From a virus, in IMG/VR virus record IMGVR_UViG_3300025816_000009, positions 1-64,000 of that record: DNA of 64,000 nucleotides. One strand, written 5' to 3'. Below the pieces are notes generated by a model. That model saw only the letters and a program-made list of their open reading frames with translations, made no database searches and had not been told where the DNA came from. The translations under genes and the position numbers were made by a program. The stretch's first letter is position 1. Every line of letters starts with the position of its first letter. Positions 12,939 through 23,015 of this stretch are shown piece by piece.

Positions 12939-13994
12939 ATGAGCGACAGTGATATTGAAAACACAGTTAACAATCTAAGAACAGTCCTACAGGACTTACC
13001 CGACAAGAGCAAAGGTTTCGCTTCTTCATTAGTAGCAAACTACGACAAGAAAGGTCGCTTGAGTGCGAAACAAATGTATTGGGTCGAGAAACTATACAAC
13101 GACCATACAGGAACAAAGACTGTCAGCCACTCTCTCGCAGAGCCTCGCGAGATTGCTATCCTTAGAACTTACGGACATTTAGTCGGTGCAACAAAGTGGA
13201 AATCAGCAAAACAGAATCAATCATTCGTCGCGTCCTTGGTGGACGGTTGGGATTCACGAGGTAGAATCTCCGACAAACAAATGAAATGGGTTAACACATT
13301 CGTTGACCAAATAAACAAGCAAATCGGTCAGATTCCTGTCGAAGATGGCGTCGGTGGTTTCGAAGCAGTTGTCGAACTTGTCAACAGGGCAGGCGATACA
13401 GGTACAAGGAAACTCAAAGTTCCATCAGTCAATCTTTTCTTTGACGACCGTGAATATGTTATCCGCGCTTATGACTCTAACAGGAACGAACCAAAAACTG
13501 ACAATCTGATGGTTGAGGAAGTTTGGAGAAGTGAGGGTGTAGCGAAATCAAAAATACGCAGAAGTCCGCTTGGATATATTTCTCCTAGTGGAAATTATCA
13601 TCACAGCCGAAACACATCTCAATCTTTTGTTGATGAGATGCGCGACTTCGCAACAGACCCAATAGCAAAGTTAGCGGAGATGGGTAAGATAGCAGGCAAA
13701 TGCACATTCTGTCGAAGAGGACTTCACGACCACAGGTCAACCGCTCACGGCTACGGACCTGTATGTGCTAAGAACTACAGGCTACCATGGAACAATCAAA
13801 CCGCACAGCCAATCATTCAGAAGATTGAACATATCGTGAACATGAAGGCAATCGAACTACGTCCGGGAGTATGGGCGCAAATCGACTTGGAGACGAATAC
13901 GATTATCCAAACATTCGACAGTTATGCTAAGGCACAGGCTTCCGTGGACGAATGGTCTAAATTGGAACACCATGACGCACCTATTGAATGGTAG
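12939..13994 (+). CDS. DUF6011-like Zn-finger protein with duplicated N-terminal module
   Basis: CTFCRRGLHDHRSTAHGYGPVCAK; repeated FxxSLVxxxDxxGRxSxKQMxWV. Confidence 0.7.
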   Translation: MSDSDIENTVNNLRTVLQDLPDKSKGFASSLVANYDKKGRLSAKQMYWVEKLYNDHTGTKTVSHSLAEPREIAILRTYGHLVGATKWKSAKQNQSFVASLVDGWDSRGRISDKQMKWVNTFVDQINKQIGQIPVEDGVGGFEAVVELVNRAGDTGTRKLKVPSVNLFFDDREYVIRAYDSNRNEPKTDNLMVEEVWRSEGVAKSKIRRSPLGYISPSGNYHHSRNTSQSFVDEMRDFATDPIAKLAEMGKIAGKCTFCRRGLHDHRSTAHGYGPVCAKNYRLPWNNQTAQPIIQKIEHIVNMKAIELRPGVWAQIDLETNTIIQTFDSYAKAQASVDEWSKLEHHDAPIEW

Positions 13995-15487
13995 AGCCTC
14001 TAACACCCGAGCAGGCTAGGGACATAGCAATCTATCCGGATAGGTGGTCGCAGTATTTCCGTACAATAAACGGACAGCCATTCTCTTTGCATGAGCGTCC
14101 GTATCTCACCGAGATTTACCGACACTTTATGCCGACCAAGAAATATGATTCGGCTAGAATAATCGTAATGAAATGCTCTCGTAAAGTCGAGAAAACTGAA
14201 ACTATCTGTAATCTACTATTATATGGCTTGCTGAATATTCCGTATTTCAATGCGGTATATACAGCGCCTCGACAACCGCAGGTTTCGAGATTTGTTGAAG
14301 AGAGATTGAATGGGGCGCTAATGTCGTCCATCAATGGGGGGTGTTTACTGAAATCCCGAAGGAAAAACTCTGTCGGCCATCAGACCTACGACGTGGGCGC
14401 TAGAAACTTGAATCATTTTTATGCCTACTCGAATTGGGGAGATGCCCACGCTTTGCTCGGTGTTGAAGCCGACCTTTGTTGCATAGACGAATACCAAGAC
14501 TCTGACGGAGACATTCTTCCTATGTTGGTTGAGATGTTGGCTTTGTCAGAATACAAATGGGTCATCGTTTCGGGAACTGCTCGTGAACAAGGTTCAGAGT
14601 TTTGGAAACTATGGGAGAAGACTTCCAAAGCAGAATGGGATGGAGAGAATTGGATTCATACAAATCCCGATGCGTCGATTATCGGTTATCACATGAAACA
14701 ATCTATGCACCCGGAAATATCAGATGCAGATATTAAATTGAAACGAGAAACTTACACTCCGCGAAGATTTGCGAACGAGGTCGAAGGTGAGTTCTTCGCA
14801 GGTTCAACGAAACCGCTGACATTCGCGGACGTTCTCGAATCTATTGACGCCAATAGGGGCATCACAAAGTCAGTAGCACCGCCGGAAACTTGTGTGATGG
14901 GTGTTGATTGGGGTCGCGAAACTACAGTCGTAATTATGAATCCGAAAAATGGAGACATTCTGAACGCGCTCAAGTTAGATTCTCGAGAGGAAGATGAGGT
15001 TGCGAAAATTAAGGAATTAATTTTACAGTATAATTGTCAGCAGGTTGTATGCGACATTGGATATGGAGCGCGACAAGTTCGAGAATTACAGGAAGAGTTT
15101 GGAGAGAGAGTGAAATCTTGCTACTACTCATCTCGACCTTTGACACCTTACGAATACAAACGCCGAGACAATAATCGAAATGTCATTTACATGATTGTCG
15201 TTGATAGAACTACATACGTTGAGATGGCTATCGAGGCAGTCAAAGAACAGGCTCACAAGATTCCGTGGAAGACTGATGAACTAGAATGGATGATAAATGA
15301 GTGGACTACTTTGAACTCAAGCGCGGAAATAGATGAGGCCAATACAAAACCAATCAGAGGACAGCGATTGACCAAGTACGGACGTGATGGAGATGACCAC
15401 GCATTTCACGCTCTCATCTATGCAAGATTGGCCGCTGATTTAGAAGAAGACGGCGACGGATTTGAGATTCGAACTTTTGGCGCTTGA
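13988..15487 (+). CDS. terL: Terminase large subunit
   Basis: Walker A-like CSRKVEKTE, Walker B CCIDEYQD, SGT motif III, nuclease GVDWG and DDHAFHA; upstream of the portal. Confidence 0.85.
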   Translation: MVEPLTPEQARDIAIYPDRWSQYFRTINGQPFSLHERPYLTEIYRHFMPTKKYDSARIIVMKCSRKVEKTETICNLLLYGLLNIPYFNAVYTAPRQPQVSRFVEERLNGALMSSINGGCLLKSRRKNSVGHQTYDVGARNLNHFYAYSNWGDAHALLGVEADLCCIDEYQDSDGDILPMLVEMLALSEYKWVIVSGTAREQGSEFWKLWEKTSKAEWDGENWIHTNPDASIIGYHMKQSMHPEISDADIKLKRETYTPRRFANEVEGEFFAGSTKPLTFADVLESIDANRGITKSVAPPETCVMGVDWGRETTVVIMNPKNGDILNALKLDSREEDEVAKIKELILQYNCQQVVCDIGYGARQVRELQEEFGERVKSCYYSSRPLTPYEYKRRDNNRNVIYMIVVDRTTYVEMAIEAVKEQAHKIPWKTDELEWMINEWTTLNSSAEIDEANTKPIRGQRLTKYGRDGDDHAFHALIYARLAADLEEDGDGFEIRTFGA

Positions 15488-15527
15488 AGCATATCGCTCA
15501 TAAACCGTTAACGTGAGGGATTTGAAC

Positions 15528-15947
15528 ATGGTAAGGCGAGAACGCAGTTTCAATGACCTACTGATGACATTCGTTGCAGTTCCTTTGGTAGTATCTTGGT
15601 TGGTGTTCGCTTGTTATGTTATTTACAAAGGTTTGAACGACGAAACCGGATTCATTCAACAGAACTTAGACTTCTATGTTGCACTAATAGCAATCATAGG
15701 CGGACCTGCTCTTTTATTCATTAACTCGATACTAGAAGCATGGAAATCAGAACAGAGCGCTCAAATGAACGCACTTCCAATGCGTCTTGAGTTAGACATT
15801 GAGCAAGCAAAAGCAAATACAGCATGGGCATTAGAGGCTCAAAAGATGAGACAATTACATGAAGAGATGTTAGCGGCTAAGGAACAAGACTTCCTTCATG
15901 CACAGGGGCAAACTGCTACGCCCCCTAAGAAAGTGGCAAAAAAATAA
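15528..15947 (+). CDS. Two-TM membrane protein
   Basis: Two hydrophobic segments; ATAAACC motif 28 nt upstream. Confidence 0.6.
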   Translation: MVRRERSFNDLLMTFVAVPLVVSWLVFACYVIYKGLNDETGFIQQNLDFYVALIAIIGGPALLFINSILEAWKSEQSAQMNALPMRLELDIEQAKANTAWALEAQKMRQLHEEMLAAKEQDFLHAQGQTATPPKKVAKK

Positions 15948-15958
15948 GGTGAAATAAA

Positions 15959-16210
15959 ATGGATATACTAGGCGTTGAATTACAATATTGGATAGCGGCA
16001 TTAGCGGCAGTGGGAGCATTGACAGTTTGGGGCTTGAAGAAGTATCAGATGTTAATGGCTGACGGAAAAATCACACTTGATGAAGTGATTGATACTCTGA
16101 CAGAAGGAGAAAAACTTGCTGATGATGTTGTCGATGCTGTTGAAGATTTGGAAGAAAAAATCGAAGAGGCAAAAGCAGAAGCAGAAGCAGAGGCGAAAGT
16201 CGATGAGTGA
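15959..16210 (+). CDS. Small membrane protein (holin-like)
   Basis: N-terminal TM segment, acidic tail. Confidence 0.5.
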   Translation: MDILGVELQYWIAALAAVGALTVWGLKKYQMLMADGKITLDEVIDTLTEGEKLADDVVDAVEDLEEKIEEAKAEAEAEAKVDE

Positions 16211-16451
16211 GTCTGACGACATCTCCGAGATAAAGGCAGAAATCAACAAGATAAAAGATAATCACCTTTTTCATATCGAGAAGGATATGAATCAATTGAA
16301 AATCGACGTGGCTGTAATCAGTGAGAGATTGAAGGCAGTCGAAACATTCCAAGATGATATTAAAGAGTTCATCAAAGCATACGCTCATAGAACAATGGCG
16401 TTTATCGTGGCGGCTTCCGGTGCATCCGTTGGCGTCGTTGGTATGATGTAG
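16203..16451 (+). CDS. Coiled-coil protein with C-terminal TM anchor
   Basis: IKDNHLFHIEKDM coiled coil, hydrophobic C-terminus. Confidence 0.55.
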   Translation: MSESDDISEIKAEINKIKDNHLFHIEKDMNQLKIDVAVISERLKAVETFQDDIKEFIKAYAHRTMAFIVAASGASVGVVGMM

Positions 16452-16493
16452 TTCCAACAGACTCAATAACCAAGAGCGGTTCTCAATGAACTG

Positions 16494-19169
16494 ATGGCAG
16501 ATAGGCAACGACCTTTGATAGACCGTTTACTTCGTCGTCGGGCTGACCCTGCTGATGTTCAAAAACTGAACAACATGATGAATCAATCTTTAGATTGGGA
16601 CGGAAAAGATTTGGCTTCACTTTCAAAAATACAAATGGCGACAAGTTCGGGTTATCAGAAAAAAAGCGGCGCTAACACGCCTGTTTCTTACGACCTATTG
16701 AGACAAATAGCCAACAAATCAGAAGTTGTAAACGCAATTTTGAGACGAGCAGTTGACGACACTTTGGCAAATGGATATGAGTTTATTTTAGATGACGGAA
16801 AAGAATCCGGTTCAGAAGAACAGTTAAACAAACTTCGAACATTTTTCAAGCGACCAAATCCGGATGATATGGGAGATGAATGGTTAGAGACAATGTTGTT
16901 CGATTTGATTCTGTTCGGAGATGCGTATCTCGAACTTGATGGTTCAGAAGATAAATCATCCGGGGAGAAACAGGAAGATTGGAATTATGGCGGAGACTTA
17001 ATTGCGATTTGGCCTATCGAAGCCGAGACAATGAAAATCATTCCCGCCAAACAATTACCCGCTCCGCCTAACATGGCTTATGTTCAATCCATTAACAAAA
17101 CGACAAGGCGTTTTTCGTCTGACAAAGTTTTGCATATTGCTAAGTTCAAGCAAGGCCGTGGCTACGGTTCATCTCCGCTTATTCCTTTACTCGAAGTTAT
17201 CACAGGACAATTGAACTTGAGCAATTATCTGAACGCTCTTTACACCGGAACTTTACCGAAGACTATTCTAAATGTTGGAGATATTTCCAACGCCGAGATG
17301 AAAGCGATGCTCGGACTTATCGAGCAACAATTGTCAGCCGGTCAATCTCCGTTTGGTTTGATTGCTATCAATGGCGGTTCGGGTTTCAATATGCACAGGC
17401 TTATTGATTCGACTCGTGAAGGAGCGCAATTGGATTTACTCTATTATTATCGTGAAGAGATTTGCGCTGTATTCGGAATCCCGCCGATGAAACTTGGTTG
17501 GGTTCAGACAGGTAAGTTAGCAAATCCCGAACAACAATTAGACGCATGGTACGATGTTGTCGAATCATATCATAATCGAGTTTCGTCTGTAATTAACAAC
17601 AACATTCTTCCACTCTTAGATATTACAGATTGGAAGTTCAAGTTTATTTCAATCAGACCAAAACAAGATGGATTGAGAGCAGAGACGTTCCAAAAGAATG
17701 CGTCAGCGATTTCCGCTTTGAGACAAGAAGCAACAATCTCAATCAATGAAGCAAGAAACATTCTCGGACTTGAGCGAATAGAAATAAGAGAAGCAGATAA
17801 TCCATTCTTCGTTTCTCCAAAATTACAAATCAATCAACCGGACGCTTTCGATAATGAACCTAGTGCAGAAACTACACCGGAAGAATCCGAAAACTTGCCC
17901 GAGGAAGCGTCGTTGAGATTACTCGACCTATTCCCGTCAATAGGCATCCCCGAAGGCTACGGTCAAGGCGCGGGAGATTCACCTCAATTCGAACTTGGCG
18001 AATCTGTCGATTCTGAATTATACGAACAAATTGCGTTCAAGAAAATTGACGAACAGGATGCGTTCGAAGAAATAGAACAAGTTCGAAGCGCTTCTCTCGA
18101 ATCAATGTTTGAAGAAAATCAAAAGGACTTTTCTGATAGATTCATGAAAGCGCTAGATGACAGATTTAGAAACGATGAAGTCATGGTTGGTAAAGACATA
18201 GGCGCAGGCGATTTGAGATGGACGGTTCAGTTCATGGATAAAGAGTTAGAAGAATTACTCAACCAACAGACAATCGTTGCCGGTGTGGAAATGATGGGCG
18301 GTTATAGTGAAACCCTTGCCGTCGTCGGAGCAGGTGTTCCCGGTGCAGTTGGTATCGCAGTAAGCCAAGCAGATGAAGCGGCCATGTCATATTGGATGAG
18401 AAGATGGACTTTGCCTGCTTTACAGAATACACTCAACGGATTCAGAGAAAAGATTCTCGACACGTTTGACAGAATGAATACGAATGGTAAAAATTGGGCG
18501 TGGGCAAGTTCGGAAATGCGACGCATGATTGACCCGACAGGAAATAAATATCCGAAAGGATTCTATCAGAGAATCGCTAGAACCGAAACTCGTCGGGTTG
18601 TCGAATCAGCACACATCTCCGGATTATCAAAAGCGGGAATCCAATTCGTCGAAAGATTAGTGGTTGAAGATGCGACTACCGACAAAGATTTGTGTTCACC
18701 TTTTGATGGGACAATATATCGAGTTGACCAAGCGACAGGAATATTGCCTGCTCATCCAAATTGCAGATGTACATTAGTTGGTTATATTGGAACGCCGGAT
18801 GATGTAAACACCGACCCATTGAAACCAATTATTCCTCAACCCAAAGCCAAGCGCGTACTTACGGTCGCTGACAGAACTCCACCTCAAGGAGTTCGAAACG
18901 CCTGTAAAACGGGAATCAAACTTCACGAAGATGGTTTGAGTGGTTCGGGATTAGAAGGCGCAACCGTTCGAGAAGCAAACGCCATGATTAGAGGCCAACC
19001 GATTACTGTAGCAAAAGCGAAAAAGATGATTAGATGGTGGGGAAGAAATGCAAGATTCCTCGATGAGCCAAAAGATTCACCGGCATGGGTAGCCGCGCTA
19101 TTATGGGGTGGACGAGCCGGACTTTCTTGGTCAAGGAAATTATCAAGAGCGTTAGAGGCGGAAGAGTGA
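16494..19169 (+). CDS. Portal protein fused to Mu gpF/SPP1 gp7-like head morphogenesis domain
   Basis: Portal features (LILFGDAY, GYGSSPL, EICAVFGIPP, ISINEAR), then RIARTE...PAHPNCRC, plus an extra C-terminal LWGG domain. Confidence 0.85.
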   Translation: MADRQRPLIDRLLRRRADPADVQKLNNMMNQSLDWDGKDLASLSKIQMATSSGYQKKSGANTPVSYDLLRQIANKSEVVNAILRRAVDDTLANGYEFILDDGKESGSEEQLNKLRTFFKRPNPDDMGDEWLETMLFDLILFGDAYLELDGSEDKSSGEKQEDWNYGGDLIAIWPIEAETMKIIPAKQLPAPPNMAYVQSINKTTRRFSSDKVLHIAKFKQGRGYGSSPLIPLLEVITGQLNLSNYLNALYTGTLPKTILNVGDISNAEMKAMLGLIEQQLSAGQSPFGLIAINGGSGFNMHRLIDSTREGAQLDLLYYYREEICAVFGIPPMKLGWVQTGKLANPEQQLDAWYDVVESYHNRVSSVINNNILPLLDITDWKFKFISIRPKQDGLRAETFQKNASAISALRQEATISINEARNILGLERIEIREADNPFFVSPKLQINQPDAFDNEPSAETTPEESENLPEEASLRLLDLFPSIGIPEGYGQGAGDSPQFELGESVDSELYEQIAFKKIDEQDAFEEIEQVRSASLESMFEENQKDFSDRFMKALDDRFRNDEVMVGKDIGAGDLRWTVQFMDKELEELLNQQTIVAGVEMMGGYSETLAVVGAGVPGAVGIAVSQADEAAMSYWMRRWTLPALQNTLNGFREKILDTFDRMNTNGKNWAWASSEMRRMIDPTGNKYPKGFYQRIARTETRRVVESAHISGLSKAGIQFVERLVVEDATTDKDLCSPFDGTIYRVDQATGILPAHPNCRCTLVGYIGTPDDVNTDPLKPIIPQPKAKRVLTVADRTPPQGVRNACKTGIKLHEDGLSGSGLEGATVREANAMIRGQPITVAKAKKMIRWWGRNARFLDEPKDSPAWVAALLWGGRAGLSWSRKLSRALEAEE

Positions 19170-19541
19170 ATGTTCAAAGCATCAGCCACAGGATTGAACT
19201 TTAGTAAGTTGAGCAAGTTCGCAGGCGATTCCAATAAGAAAGTCAATAGAAATGTTTCAAGAGCAGTACAGAAAATCGCATTCAATATTCTAAGAGATGC
19301 GAAAAGAAACGCACCCATCAGAACAGGAGCGCTTAGAGCAAGTGGTCGAGTTTTAGAAATCAATAAAATGAAGCAAGAAATTGAGTTTGGTGGTAGTGGG
19401 ACAGGAGTAAACTACGCGGCGGCAATCGAATACGGGACAGGTCGAATAAGTCCCAAACCATTTCTCCGCCCGGCTGTCAAACAAAATCAAGCCGAAGCGA
19501 ACCGATTACTAATTAAGGCAGTACAAGACGGAACAAAGTGA
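19170..19541 (+). CDS. HK97 gp10-like neck/tail-completion protein
   Basis: APIRTGALRAS, YAAAIEYGT, PKPFLRPA. Confidence 0.85.
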   Translation: MFKASATGLNFSKLSKFAGDSNKKVNRNVSRAVQKIAFNILRDAKRNAPIRTGALRASGRVLEINKMKQEIEFGGSGTGVNYAAAIEYGTGRISPKPFLRPAVKQNQAEANRLLIKAVQDGTK

Positions 19542-19707
19542 TGGACTATCGAGACAGGGAATACAAGAAGAAACCCGGTCGTTGTAGAATATGCGAGAAG
19601 AAATGGAAGACCCCAAAGAAATCCGGCATTGTTCTGATAACGTGTGATGAATGCAGAGCAAAGATGTTGGGCAACAGTAAGAAACCCCGACGAAGGCGTA
19701 AGAAGTA

Positions 19708-20151
19708 ATGCCGAGGAACTTTCGCAAACTCAACATCCGAAGGTATGTCGGAACTGTTCCCAATCTAACTTACGCATTTGCTAACTTCACAAATATGACT
19801 CCAAACGAATTGTTGAATAATTACAAGGATTATGCAAACGGTGATTCGATAGGCGGAACGGGAACGACACGAACTCCATTAGGAGCGACCGTACATATAG
19901 ATTCAAGCGCACCTAGATTATTGGGAGCATTCCCCGGCGGTGGGATGAATACGACAGGATATACAAATACGAGAATCGCCGCTGTCTCTCAAGTTCCACT
20001 ACAGACACCCCAATTGACAGTCGCCGGAACGATTCTTGCGACACCGACGAATCTAACTTTTTCACCATGGGGCGGAACAGGAACTTTGGATAATGCAGTT
20101 AATGGAAAAGCCACGCGATTGCTAAGGCCAATGTTTGTAAAAGTGGTCTGA
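19708..20151 (+). CDS. Hypothetical Thr/Gly-rich (virion?) protein
   Basis: 147-aa ORF in the head cluster. Confidence 0.55.
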   Translation: MPRNFRKLNIRRYVGTVPNLTYAFANFTNMTPNELLNNYKDYANGDSIGGTGTTRTPLGATVHIDSSAPRLLGAFPGGGMNTTGYTNTRIAAVSQVPLQTPQLTVAGTILATPTNLTFSPWGGTGTLDNAVNGKATRLLRPMFVKVV

Positions 20152-20209
20152 CGTATTCATAGCGGTTGCCGCGTCAGTCGTTCGCTGTACTGCCCTCACG
20201 CTTTCTAGT

Positions 20210-20245
20210 TATAAACCTTTTCATTGATAGATTGTGAAATTGATA
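20210..20245 (-). promoter_or_regulatory. ATTGA-repeat promoter cassette (leftward arm only)
   Basis: tataaaccttttcattgatagattgtgaaattgat. Confidence 0.7.
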
Positions 20246-20249
20246 TTGG

Positions 20250-20402
20250 GTTAGATTCCCCCCGTTCGTTATCACGAGTAGTTTCGGGGGGGATTCTTTT
20301 TCGATGTGTTTTAAGCATCAGAGTCCGGATTTGCACCGGCAGGTTCGCGACACCGGCCTGTCCTAAATTACCCGACCGAAGCCGGGCGCAGACGCCTCTC
20401 CC
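20250..20402 (-). ncRNA. Putative structured ncRNA A
   Basis: Starts at G 30 nt after TATA; GCCCGGC-UUCG-GUCGGGU hairpin; CCGG-UGCAAAU-CCGG T-loop-like hairpin; AGGCGUC/GAUGCUU closing stem; 3' C7/G6 hairpin. Confidence 0.55.
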
Positions 20403-20426
20403 AAACTGAACGGGTCGCTTTCTAGT

Positions 20427-20478
20427 TATAAAACTTTCTATTGAGATATTGTAATATTGATAAATAGAAACCTTAATA
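20427..20478. promoter_or_regulatory. Bidirectional ATTGA-repeat promoter cassette
   Basis: tataaaactttctattgagatattgtaatattgataaatagaaaccttaata. Confidence 0.75.
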
Positions 20479-20501
20479 AGCAAAGCACTACAGGAACAAA
20501 C

Positions 20502-20666
20502 ATGATAACCCATGAACATAATTGCGCCAATTGCTACAAAGCAACGACTAACGAGATGATAATTAATACCATTTCATTTACAATGTGTGAGGCTTGTGAA
20601 GAAAAAATAAATGCGTCATTTGCGGCAAAAAGAGAAGAAGAAGAAGAATACGGTTCTATTAAGTAG
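20502..20666 (+). CDS. Small Zn-finger-like protein (cassette-driven)
   Basis: CANC...CEAC; leaderless ATG. Confidence 0.55.
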   Translation: MITHEHNCANCYKATTNEMIINTISFTMCEACEEKINASFAAKREEEEEYGSIK

Positions 20667-20686
20667 GTGGGTCTTTACCGATTGGC

Positions 20687-21364
20687 ATGGCTAAATCAGT
20701 CAAAGAGTATCACGTCAAACCATGTGATGTTTCGGTTATTAGGCCATTTATTGAAAAGTGGCATTATTCTAAATCAATAAACGGGGTTCGTTCCTCGTAT
20801 TGTTTTGCTATGTGGGAAGGAGACGAATCACATTCGAGAGTTCTAGTCGGCGCTATGCTTTACGGAATGCCGGGCATGGCGAACGCTTGGAAGCCTTATG
20901 GTGAAAAAGAATCTGATGTTTTAGAATTACGCCGTCTCTGTTGCATTGACGATACGCCTCAAAATGCTGAATCATATTTTATTGGTAAGACTCTGAAATG
21001 GTTAAAAAATAATACGCTTGTCAAAAATATAGTCTCATATTCTGATATGAATCACGGTCATGAAGGAACGATATACAAAGCGTCGAACTTTCGACATGAT
21101 GGCATTACCTCTCCGGGACGAGTAATTATCAGATTGTCAGATGGGAAACAATATCACGACAAAACAATCCGAACAATGTACAATGGAAAATTAAAACCAT
21201 TCGCTCAAAAAATCAAGGAACAATTAGAAAACGGGGAAGCCGAATATAGAAATACAGTCGGGAAGAATATATTCGTATATGAACTCAAAAGAAAAAAACA
21301 TCACAACGTCATTCCGGTTTCTCCAAATGTTGAATCGTTAAGTTTCGAAGAATGGTTTAATTGA
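20687..21364 (+). CDS. Mom-like (GNAT-fold) DNA modification protein
   Basis: KWHYS, LELRRLC, NAESYFI, IVSYSD..HGHEGTIYKASNF match the Mom-family pattern. Confidence 0.7.
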   Translation: MAKSVKEYHVKPCDVSVIRPFIEKWHYSKSINGVRSSYCFAMWEGDESHSRVLVGAMLYGMPGMANAWKPYGEKESDVLELRRLCCIDDTPQNAESYFIGKTLKWLKNNTLVKNIVSYSDMNHGHEGTIYKASNFRHDGITSPGRVIIRLSDGKQYHDKTIRTMYNGKLKPFAQKIKEQLENGEAEYRNTVGKNIFVYELKRKKHHNVIPVSPNVESLSFEEWFN

Positions 21365-21408
21365 TAATCAAATCAGTGATAAACCACGGACAGTCCCGTT
21401 AAGGTCGT

Positions 21409-23007
21409 ATGGAACTAAGCGGAGCAATCAATATCAAAGACCAAGACAAGTTCGATTCCCTCGACCTTCCTTCCCAAGATGTTCAGATTGAGTATAGAAT
21501 AATCACACCTTTCGTCGTTAAGGCTTACGAAGATGACGAGAAGAAAAATGCAGATGTCATGATTAGAGGACCTGTATATGTGGGCGACAAGGATATGCTC
21601 GACAGGCATAATGAACTTGTTGACTATGAAGCGATGATGGCGGCTTGGGATAAGTATTCCAAGAATCCGGTTATCTTATACAACCACTCTAAGACATACG
21701 GAGTTATTGGAAAAATGACTAATGTCTCCATGGATGAATGGGAAGATTATGGAACTGTTCCAATCGGAACTGCTATGATTGACAGTGGTGAAAAAGACAT
21801 CACAAGAAAAATACAGAAGGGAATGCTCAAGGCTTTCTCAATCGGATTCATAGCAAAAGCGGCAGTCAAGATTTGTGAAGACAAGGAAGATGACTGTTAT
21901 ATCAGATTCACCGAGATTGATTGGGTCGAGACTTCGGTCGTCGATGTGCCGGCATCTCCGGGCGCATTATTTTCAGTTGAGAAAAAGTTCAGTTGGAAGA
22001 ATGGAAAATCACTTGGGGAGAAAGTGGGATGTGGATGTGGATGCAAAGGCGAGACTATTGAGTCCAATAGTTGCGAAGGAAAAGTTTCTGACAGCGCTGA
22101 AAACTTGTCCGAGAAAGAAATGGTCGGTGTTGATATTTACACAACAGAAGAGGAAGCATTAGCGAGAGCCGAAGAATTAGGTTGTTCCGGATTTCACACA
22201 ATGGAAAATGATGAGGGAGAAACCCTCTATATGCCGTGTAGTAGCCATGATGACTATGAATCTAGTACCGGAGATAGTGAGGAAGTGGAACTGTCAGCGA
22301 ACGATTTGGTTAAGAACCCCGACTCACACCCATTGGATTCAACGGAGTCAACAGATATGTCAACAACCGAAGAGAAATCCATCAGCGAGGACGCTGAAAC
22401 TATCGACGAGCCTATAGTAGAAGAGGCAGTTGTAGAGGAACAAACAGTAGAACTAACAGCAGATGAAACAATTATTGAAACTAAGGATGCAGAAGAAGCA
22501 GTCGAAGAGGAAGTAGTTGAAGAGGAAGTAGTTGACGAAGTAGTCGAGACTAAAGAAGCAGAGGCTACAGAAGAAGAATCAGCAACCCCATCCGGTGTTG
22601 AGGTTCTAATGGAAGTTGTTGGTGTTCTGAAAGAACTCAATGACAGGATGACCAAAATGGAATCCGCAGTTGACGCAACCGCTACATTAGAGAGCGAGAT
22701 TGCAGAACTAAAATCAGTCGTCGAAGCAAGAGACGCAACAATCTCTGAATTAACAGAAGCAAAGAGTGTTGCAGAACAAGAAGCAGAGATTGAATCAGAA
22801 GTTTCAAAGAGAGTCGCAAAGACTCTATCAGAAGTAGGTGTTGAAGTAGAAGCACCTATCGCAAGCAGAAAGTCAGCAATAGTTGACACCGTAGTTGCTG
22901 ACGTAAACAAAGCAAGTAGATTCGACCCACAGCCCAATGTAAGTCCCGGTATGAACGGCCTTGCTAAATGGCTAGAGGCTAACTTAGCGGGCAAGGGTAG
23001 AAACTGA
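21409..23007 (+). CDS. HK97-type prohead protease fused to acidic scaffold
   Basis: DRHNE, ILYNH, AFSIGF (catalytic Ser), ETSVVDVPA; acidic coiled-coil C-terminus. Confidence 0.85.
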   Translation: MELSGAINIKDQDKFDSLDLPSQDVQIEYRIITPFVVKAYEDDEKKNADVMIRGPVYVGDKDMLDRHNELVDYEAMMAAWDKYSKNPVILYNHSKTYGVIGKMTNVSMDEWEDYGTVPIGTAMIDSGEKDITRKIQKGMLKAFSIGFIAKAAVKICEDKEDDCYIRFTEIDWVETSVVDVPASPGALFSVEKKFSWKNGKSLGEKVGCGCGCKGETIESNSCEGKVSDSAENLSEKEMVGVDIYTTEEEALARAEELGCSGFHTMENDEGETLYMPCSSHDDYESSTGDSEEVELSANDLVKNPDSHPLDSTESTDMSTTEEKSISEDAETIDEPIVEEAVVEEQTVELTADETIIETKDAEEAVEEEVVEEEVVDEVVETKEAEATEEESATPSGVEVLMEVVGVLKELNDRMTKMESAVDATATLESEIAELKSVVEARDATISELTEAKSVAEQEAEIESEVSKRVAKTLSEVGVEVEAPIASRKSAIVDTVVADVNKASRFDPQPNVSPGMNGLAKWLEANLAGKGRN

Positions 23008-23015
23008 AAATTAAA

